A DNA stretch of 64,000 nucleotides from Microthyrium microscopicum (Eukaryota). The stretch covers positions 260,576 to 324,575 of the forward strand of contig MU004236.1 in assembly GCA_010405405.1 (NCBI GenBank). The letters run 5' to 3'. The notes under the pieces are model-generated. The model was given only the letters and a program-made list of their open reading frames with translations, searched no databases and was not told the DNA's origin. The translations under genes and the position numbers were made by a program. Of this stretch, positions 55,326 through 64,000 are shown in pieces (position 1 is the stretch's first letter; the number at the start of each line of letters is the position of its first letter).

Positions 55326-55907
55326 ATTATATTAGTAATAATTTTACTAAATATTTATTATTATTTTATTTTAGTAATATTTTTACTAATTTAGTAATAT
55401 TCTTATTAAATTATAACTAATAAAAAAATAGAATATTAATTTAAAAACTTTAGAAAGAAGCCCTTAGTCTATAAAATAAAATAGCTTATTTATATAATTT
55501 AAAAAGGGTAACAATAAGAGTATAGGAAAGGTAGAAACTATTAAAAATACATATTTTAGATGTAAGTTTTTAGTGTTCTCTAATGTTGCCGGGTAGGCCG
55601 CAATGCGCTTCCGTAGACGACCATCGGATGAGGGACCTTTGGAGCGATCATCAACACATGCAGAAGTCGACCCATGTATGACGGCTCTCGGACCGATAAC
55701 GCGCGTTTCTTGATCTGCATGATGCGCCAACCACAACCTCTCTTATCCTCACTCAGTCATCCTGCAGGCAGGATCCTCATTCTTTAACTACCAAATACAC
55801 GACAAACCTACCGCTTAAGAAGCTTCCTATTCGTAATGAATCCTTAAAGAGGTCGCTATCAGGCTCAGCCAGCCATCCGTTTGGCAGCCCCTCGGGCCCC
55901 GGCCGAC

Positions 55908-57835
55908 ATGACTAAAGTAAGGGACTATCAACCAGTTGTCGCGATTGAAGACATCGACGCAGATTCTGGTGTGTTCAACAGACGGAGACTCGAAGAGGAT
56001 GAACAATCACCTCTACTTTCGTCTGACATGTTAGACGAATATGGCCCTTTTCAAAAAGATACAGATCCAGCAGAGTTACCATGGTGAGTTGGACACCTAA
56101 GTGTTTCTATGGTTCAGCGTGTAACGATGTCTTGAAGCTGTGATATAACTACAATCTTTCAGTCTGACGTGCATGGGATCGCGCTCATGTCCGATGGACG
56201 ACCACGGCTGCTTGCGTATTAACTCTGAGATATGTACTGGACTGATCTCGTGTAGGTACAAACGACCATCGATATATTGGCTTATAGGTCCATTTGGAAT
56301 CTCAGCAATGGCCCATGGAGGAGTCATGGTTCCCAAAGTCAACTTGGTACTTAATTTGATATGTCACAATTACTTTAAAGGCCAACCAACATCAGATCAA
56401 GTGACGTTATTTGACGTCGAAGGACGATGCCGAATACCAGAAATTCAATCCCGCGTAGCCACATTTAAGCTGTGTATGGCTTTGATATCCGGGATTCTAG
56501 CAGCCATTGTTGCTCCACGGATAGGCGCATTGTCTGATCGATATGGTCGAATACCTATGCTCTGCATAGTAAATTTTGGTGTAAGTAAATCAGTCACGAT
56601 GATCATGGGTTTCTAATTCTCCATTTCCCAGACCATTGCGCTGGAAATAATTACCATCTTAGCTGCCAGATTTCCTGATACAGTCTCAATATACTGGATG
56701 TTCTTAGGGTCCTTTTTCGAAGGCCTTGGAGGATCACCATTAGCTGCGATGGCCATATCGCACTCATATGCTGCCGATTGTACACCTTCCAGCAAACGTA
56801 ATGTTGTATTCGGATATTTCCATGGATGTCTCTTCACCGGTGTTGCAATTGGTCCTATACTCGCAGGATATCTCATCCAGAAGAGCGGCGATATGATATC
56901 CATGTTTTACATCTCATGTGGAGCTCATTTTTCTTTTCTTTTGGCATTATTGTTTTTAATCCCGGAATCAGTTCCTAAAAGGAGACAGCTGCTAGCTCGA
57001 CAGAAACATCGGCGAGATAACGCGCATAGAGCAGGCGGTTGGAAGAACCACCTTCGGAACTTCAATGTCTTCGAACCTCTGAAGATTCTACATGGACCTG
57101 GTATCCCAGTTAACGTACGGCGGAATCTCATCCTTCTGGCTTCCACGGATACTATTGTCTTTGGAGTTGGTATGGGCGCTCATACAGTTATCCTTCTTTA
57201 CTCCAACTACACTTTTGGCTGGGGAACCTGGGAGCAATCCAAATTCGCCTCAATAGTCAACACTTGTAAAGTCTGTTGTCTTCTCTTCCTATTACCAACT
57301 TTGACACACTGGTACAGAAGGCGACAAAGTCGACGTGGAGACCAGAGCCCCCTCGTTGCAATAGATCCTGACATGCCAGAGGGTACTGACATTTTCGAGC
57401 TTTCTGTCATACGATTCGCGATCTTTGCAGATATCTTTGGCTTTCTAGGATATGCATTAGCACCGACGGGGACGGCGTTCATTCTGTCTGGAGCTATTGC
57501 CAGCATCGGCGGCATCAGTTCACCCACAATGCAAGCGGCGCTCACGAAACATGTACCAAAGGAGTCAATTGGTCAATTGCTGGGAGCAATGGGGCTTCTG
57601 CATGCTCTTGGTAGGACCATAGGTCCATCCTTGTTCACTGGAATATACGCGGCTACGGTCAAAGTCGCGCCTTCAGCGTACTTCTTTGTTTTAGCTGTGA
57701 TGTTCGGATTTGGTTTTGCAGTCAGTTGGCTGGTCAAGCCAGGCGGTACGTATTGCAACATTATATGAAACAAGGCACTTTCTAATCATGATTTACCAAC
57801 TAGACTTTCGAAGAGCTGCGCCACGCCTAGATTAG
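55908..57835 (+). CDS. MFS transporter (tetracycline-efflux/SLC46-like)
   Basis: Exons 55908-56083, 56256-56580, 56632-57745, 57804-57835. MFS motif A GALSDRYGR, SHSYAADCT, multiple TM helices. Confidence 0.93.
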
Positions 57836-57973
57836 ACTATGGAAGCATGAATAATAACGAATAGGTGCTTTAAACGAACTTCAATTCCGAACAGTGTATC
57901 TCCTTCTAACCTTCACTATTCGTGTCATACAATCGGCACGTGGACCCCTACACTTGCATACCAAGGCTCAACC

Positions 57974-59324
57974 TCAAGAAAGGCCAATCCTGTGGAGCTG
58001 GCAGAAATGACTGTGACCGTTATCCCAATCAAACAGCTGACAGTGAATAGAGCAATATACTACCGCTCTACAACCTTCACACTGTACGGTGATTGTTGGG
58101 AATGAACAGACCATACAAGAAAGCATAGGCACATCTGTGGAGCCGCCAGAATTTGTATTTTGGGTTCCCTCTGGTGGCTGTTGGCTTGTCTGCAGTGATG
58201 TCTGTGCTGCCTTTGATAGTGTTTGTGTCGTCTCTGGTGATGTCTGTGCTGTCTCTGGTGAGGTTTGCGCTGCCTCTGACGATATCTGTGATGTCTCTGG
58301 AGTCGTAGTAAAATATCCGGATCCCGAACTCTCTAAACGCGTCATAGGCTGACCATCACGAAAACTCGTTCCGGCCATCTGGTCAATGAAAGTCTCTTTT
58401 TGAGACTCTGTCAACTCGCCGAGATAGCTCGCAGTGAGAGCCTCCTAAGACTGACTAAAATCAAGGCTGCTCGTATCCAGTGATGGGTCAGTCGTTTGAG
58501 AGTCCGCCAAAGCCTGCGTTCCTGCGAAATTGGTCAGAGATCCCAAGCCTGGAGCCTCCTGAAATATGCCGGAGTCAGCGTTGTTCGTATATCCTGGTGG
58601 TGGGCCAATTCCATGAGTGCTCCTCCAATTTCCATCCCTCGCGAAATCGTTCAGAATCAGTTGGGAGGAGAGCGGGCCGTGCTCGATAGCATTCACGTGG
58701 TTTTCTGTGCTTGGTGTTTGAGTGTCCAGGCCAGGATATGTCGTTATCATGTACTTTTCGTGCATGTTCTCAACACCTGTCGCGCACAACTCTCTTCAGA
58801 TTTTGGCAGTCAGCGAGGCTCTGGAAATTCAAGAGTGCAGGATTGAGATGCTCATACCGCGCCTTTTCGGAACAATTGTGTAAGTTGCAAGTTTGCAAGA
58901 CATAGATCCAAATTGAGACTTTCATATCTGTGTAACGACAAAGCTTGACTGCAGTCTCACACTATATTCATCAGCCATGTCATACCAAGTAAAATGGATT
59001 GCTGCAATACATACACGAGTTCGATCACCTGCACATATATGGCACCTATGACGAGGGGCTTGCATGGCCCATGAATGATTTGCATCCAGTATGGGTCTGA
59101 GGATAGTATTGAAGTTTTCATCAAAGTCTGATCTAAGGTTTTGCTTTTTGGCGAAGAAGTAGACTGGAAGCATAACATCGCTCTTCAGGATACCTCGGAT
59201 GATTTAGTCTCATGGTTGCTGACAATGGAGCACAACATCGTCATGAGCGGGACAAACCGTAATGATAATTGTACACGACACTGGCGCGTTTGTACGGTCC
59301 TTGACCAGATACCAAGCAATCCAT
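57974..59324 (-). CDS. MYND-type zinc-finger protein
   Basis: ATG at 59324. Introns 59257-59194 (GAG acceptor), 59014-58962, 58857-58794, possibly 58455-58408. C-terminal CxxC..CxxC..YC..CQ..DW...H...C. In-frame TAG at 58447-58445 unless spliced out. Confidence 0.7.
58170..58300 (-). repeat. 21-bp coding tandem repeat (7-aa units, PETAQTS-like)
   Basis: PETSQIS SEAAQTS PETAQTS PETTQTL SKAAQTS LQTSQQP. Confidence 0.8.
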
Positions 59325-59679
59325 GATGGGGAAGTTATGTAGTGAAAGGCGACAGACAAGATGAGCAAGCCGATAGACAAGATGAATAAGGCGATGGATA
59401 GATCAATGATACGACGAATCATGCGTGAGGTGATGGATGAAAGAAAACTAAGGAATCAGCAGGAATACGTATGAGTGGCTGGTGTCAGGAATTGTAACAA
59501 TGGAAGGACCGACGTACTGTGCTTATAGAACAATAAGGATTTGAGAACTGAGTATACCTTCCACAATGCCAAAGTCATAAGTAGCAGTGACATTCTTGCC
59601 ACAAGCCCAGAAAGAGCTAACAAGCATTGGAAAAAGAATTGGACTGGTCAGGATGGAGAATATATTGATAATCGCAAGC

Positions 59680-60653
59680 TCATGATTCCGGCCGGATCGC
59701 ACCTTTTCTTTGCCTCATCTCTTTAAGCTTCTTAGCATCGTTTTCAAATTTCTCGCGGAGGTCTCGTTCTCGCTTCTTGGCCTCTTCTCTTGTCTGGAAG
59801 CGATAGAAAGTAGCACCTATTCTCTTCTTCTCTCTTTCCATCATCCTTTCTTTCGCCGCCTTGGCATCTTCCATTCGCGCAGGGCCAGTGCGTCCGCCAC
59901 GAACAACAGTGACGAAACCGTCTTCGTCAGGCTCATTGCGGAGTTGCTTCATTTTCTTAGATCGTACTTCCTCGAGAATAGCATATTCGGCTAGATACGA
60001 GTTCACCTTGGCCTTGAGCTCATCGCGAGGCGGATAGGTCAGTGAATGATGCTCTTTATATCCTGCTATCGTTAGTTGGGCCTGCCAAAATGACATTCTC
60101 ATAACTAACGGGCAAGACCAAGCTCATGTGCCTGCGTCCATGGGACAGAAAGGCCTTTCTTTGCTCGTTTACGGCATTCCTTCATTACTGTGTCCGCTGT
60201 AGCGCGATCGACGAAAACCACAACGGCAGAACTACCACTGCGCTGAGTTTGACAGGACCATGTGCTAGGCAGGACCTTCGCTGTTGACACAATATCACCG
60301 TCCTGCTCCGTACCTCTTTTCCGCTTCTTGCTGCCTTTCTTATCTGTCTGTTCGTCCCAGACCTGACCTTTAACTCTTATTTGCGCATTCTCAGCATTAT
60401 CGTCCTCGAAGGCTACGCGCTCTACCAGACCACCCAATTGCTTGAAGAAAGCCCGGAAAGCAGCCTCACTAGAATCCACCGGTACGTTGCTAAGAAAGAG
60501 ACTGCGCGGCGAGTCTGGAGTGGGCACAGAGTGGTTGTCAGCGCGCAAGTAGAGGATGTGATCAGCAGCATCAGGTCGGCTGGGAGCTGGTGGAAGGGCG
60601 AGATGGAGAGAAATATAGGCATCCAATGCGGATGAGGGTTTATCGGCGGCCAT
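59680..60653 (-). CDS. RRP7: Ribosomal RNA-processing protein 7
   Basis: Exons 60653-60110 and 60062-59680 (47-nt intron). N-terminal RRM-like RSLFLSNVPVD. C-terminal PDEDGFVTVVRGGR and FYRFQTRE motifs. Confidence 0.95.
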
Positions 60654-63600
60654 TGCGAATTGCTCGCGATCAAAGATGTTTGATTTAAAATTTGTTGCAA
60701 GTTAAGGTAGCCAAAGAAAGTTCAAGCTTCAATAATTGTTAAGATCTTAAAAAAAAGTTGACAACGTGGGGCGGGCCGTAGCGGGGATCAACTCGGCATG
60801 CCGGAAGTGCTCGCCCACGTGCCCTCTCGGCAGCATTCGGAGGTTCGCCAACTACTTCATTACTTGATGTGACATGACTCATGAGAGATTATTTGCTCGC
60901 ATTTACTCTGATCAAGAGAAATGACAAAGAGACGATCAATGAATAATCTCCAGTGATAACCACTTTGCTAGCAAAGCCGACCTCGGAAGTGGGCACTCAG
61001 CGCCTGAAAAAGAAAGGAAAAGTGCCATGCAAGATGCTGCAGATCTTGGACTTTGACAGGTGAATGACTAGCGACAGAAATCGGATGTGTAAATAATAGA
61101 GGCGCATTCCATCTCTGCTGAAATGCTGCACTGTCAACTAGGTTTTGCCCGGTCTACAACGCTTTGGATACATACTGTAAGCATGGTATCCGGGTATGTA
61201 GACGAACGACTGGTTGGTTGTTGATGTAGAGTCAACTTCCTATCAAGGACGATCGACAGCAAGATTTCAATGCTATTTACCACTGTACTGGAAATGTACT
61301 GGCATGGCAACATGCTTTTTCTCTCATCTGATCCTGAGAAACGCAAGGAGGTAAGGAATAGCTAGCACTTGTTTATGCCTTTGTCCAGACAAGCATTTGG
61401 GAACTTTCGTCCGTATGTGATGATGTGGCTCCCATCTTTTATATGCAATATCTCCAATGCTATGGAACGCCATATTGGCTCTTAGACAACACAAGTAATG
61501 AAGCTATTGCTTTCCTTGGACACAATGCATCTGGTCTTCGAAAAGCAAAGATTATGCATAAACGAATGCAGTTCGGCAAACCTTGCCCATAAACGAATTT
61601 GTCCAGTTCAGTATTATTGATCTGTTTGAGGAGTATGGATTAGAGAAGTAAAGCAAACCACTATCTTCACTTCCTACAGATACCTGTGGGTTTGTCGCGC
61701 CGATCTTAAGCATACAAAAGCAATAACCCTTCCGTAGGATTCTCAAACCTAGATCCCAAGTACGAAGGAATAATCGGGCCCCATAATTGACAGGTACTCT
61801 TTACCAGGGATCCCTTCCTCCCATCGTTAGCGCCCCAGACAATCGGAGAATTTTTGGAGGTTCCCACCACGGTCCTTCTATCCATTTATAAAATTATAGG
61901 CAACTAAGGTTCTAGAAGTGAAAACTACATATTCGGTGGGCTCTTTGAAACATTTCGTACATGAATGTATTATCTTCACGCCTATCTGCAGCTGCTAGGA
62001 CCATGCCAGCTTTCAAGATGATGCTGCAGACTGGTTCATCCTATCTGATTCGCAGCTGATCCACACCAAATGCGGGCCCGCAGAGCTGAATGGGTCTGGA
62101 GACTGTAGGAGGCGCGCGCACATAAGGTGGATGAGTAGCAGGCTACTTCGCTCTAGATTCAGATCTGAGATGGCGAGAGAGGGTATCCGAATCCGTCTGT
62201 TTGAGTAGTGACTTATCGCAAGCAGAAGTTATTTGCTACATCAGCGCAGGCCAGTATCTAAAACTGAGTATGCACCAATATAGCTAGCTGTATGCAAAGG
62301 CAATAACTGATCAAGCGACATCTTACTGTAATCTGCGGACTTCGACTGAACCAGAGGGGACCAAAAAAACTGGAACATACTCCAATACCAGCAAGCACTC
62401 CCAATCCCTCAGCTCAGCCCTTTAGTTAAACCTGCAAAAAGCGAGACATTTCTCATATCCAAAAGACCCGAATACGATCCCAACCAAGCCGTATTTTCTC
62501 ATCCTACGGAATCCTACACACCTGCAATCAGCCGTCCGAAAGAGGAAACCCAAGAGCAATAACGGGCGGCCCGCAGCGCGAATCCCGGGGCAGTGGGTAG
62601 CACAAGAAATGTGTTGGTGGCACGGGAATCCTTGACGGGAACCATCTTGATTTTTCTGCTTGCGTAGGAGCAAAAAATAATAGGTGCGTAGTTGAATATG
62701 CGGATTTTCATGCGAAATTGCGGTTGAAATGGACGGCAAAGGGAGTGTTTGGCTTAGGACTTGCGATGGTTGGTAGTGGGTGCATGAATGATCTGGCCAA
62801 TCCAGAATCGTCATGTTACTTGCTTAATAGCTCGAAGACGAGAGGACACAGAACACTGCCCACCATTGCTTGTGTTGGTCTTCAAGAACAGCACGCGAAC
62901 AAGGCATATAGGAGAGCATGAGGCAGAGAGCATAAAACGAGTAACTTTGTGTAATAGTGATTTGGCAACTTTGGTATGATGATCATCCCTACGATCTTGT
63001 TGCTAATGGATGCTAAATCTCCCCTTATAGAACAAAAAAAGGTCTGTTTGAAATCATGAATCATGGGAAAAGAGAATTTGGCAATCAGCAAACAGAAGCC
63101 AAAGGAAAAAAGGATTAATACATGAAGATATAAGACAAAAGAGGTAGAAGAGTAACCAAATTTGCAGACCTCAAAGACACAGTCTTAGTCGGCAATTTAG
63201 CGATCAGAATAGTTCGGAAAAAGTTGAGTACCAAAGGCAAGAAATACGTTTGTTGGTATCGTGCGAAATGGAAAAGCAGGTTAGTTGACCCGAAACGCCT
63301 TTTTCCATGTTTTTGAATGATCCGCCCAAGGACGAATAAAAATGAACTACCCCAGGACTTAAGCGAAGAATATTATGCAAATCCTGCTGCATGTTCCTTC
63401 CAAGATGCTCCGCGGCAGACGAAAGTGTTGGTATTACGGCAGGAGAAAAGAACGCAGGATCATATGAAAAGCAGTTTCCGTGACCGACAGCAAACACGGT
63501 ACCGGCACATGCAAAGATATGCAGCGACGAGCCAATTGATGCATGATGGAAGGGGGGTTACGCCACGAAAATCGAAAAGTTGTTTGTCGGCGGGTGATTT

Positions 63601-64000
63601 TTGATCCCAATTATCGCGGGCAAAAAAGTGTGGGAGGGCAGAAATTGTGTCGAAACAGGGTGGTGAAATGTGCCCCGCAATCTAGTCTGTACAATGCAAT
63701 GCAGCTAGGCACAGGGCGAGCATTTGGTCTGGGCGTCTTGGGCCAGGGTAGCTGGCTTCTTTATCCGAGTGGCTGTGAAAATGGGCCATGAGAAACGTAG
63801 AGCGGGAATTGCGTATATATTTGGAGAAAGCCGTGGCAAGTCATACTTGCTGATGGCGGTGAGCGGTAGCTAGAGACCGGAGAGTTCAAAATTCGGAGGG
63901 GTCGGGCCTATAGTAGTTTGCATGGCGGAGCGCCACGTTTAAGTTTGTCGAGAGAGACATGCATGGCGCCAGTATCGGATGTATTCGAGGTGATAATGTT

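Larger units (their letters stand above)
38566..55613. mobile_element. Non-autonomous Tc1/mariner-like element (MITE, ~0.6 kb net) forming the outer shell of AT block 2
   Basis: 49-bp TIRs at 38566-38614 and 55565-55613 (CGGAAGCGCATTGCGGCCTACCCGGCAACATT..., left copy RIP'd), flanked by TA (38564-65, 55614-15). No coding capacity. Confidence 0.88.

Noticed and set aside
55464..55736. 90-aa minus-strand ORF
   Set aside because: Spans the MITE TIR boundary, has a non-ATG start and no recognisable motif.
59210..59422. 70-aa hydrophobic ORF as first exon of the MYND gene
   Set aside because: A model from ATG 59324 with a 64-nt intron removes both stops and joins the downstream frame.
32175..60653. 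Secondary-metabolite cluster (FAD oxidase plus MFS transporter)
   Set aside because: No backbone enzyme or cluster regulator; the two genes are separated by housekeeping genes.
62480..62505. TPP riboswitch-like TGAGAAAATACGGC
   Set aside because: Lacks the downstream CTTGATC..GATAAT..CAGCG core and there is no thiamine gene nearby.

Overview
Filamentous ascomycete (Pezizomycotina) genomic DNA with a two-compartment layout. Two AT-rich, heavily RIP-mutated transposon blocks (1-24008 and 38566-55613) alternate with gene-containing DNA of ordinary GC content. Both blocks can be read as nested insertions. Block 1: an outer RIP'd element ending in a hAT-like terminus, containing Gypsy/chromovirus A (TSD CTATA), containing a Tad-like LINE (candidate TSD ATTATTA), containing Gypsy B (TSD AGTCT). 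Block 2: a ~0.6 kb TA-flanked MITE with 49-bp TIRs, containing Gypsy D (TSD ATTAT), containing Gypsy C (TSD CTTAA). Host genes: a conserved hypothetical protein, a secreted BBE-like FAD oxidoreductase, complex I subunit NDUFB8, tRNA adenosine deaminase TAD1/ADAT1, an MFS transporter, a MYND zinc-finger protein and RRP7. There is also a spliced, apparently non-coding or micropeptide locus at ~31.2-31.9 kb. The most unusual signal is that two unrelated retroelements (the LINE and Gypsy D) each carry, in an extended 3' region, the RIP-degraded relic of an antisense multi-intron protein-coding passenger gene. All coordinates were read by eye. Boundaries inside RIP'd DNA are approximate unless defined by LTR, TIR or TSD.
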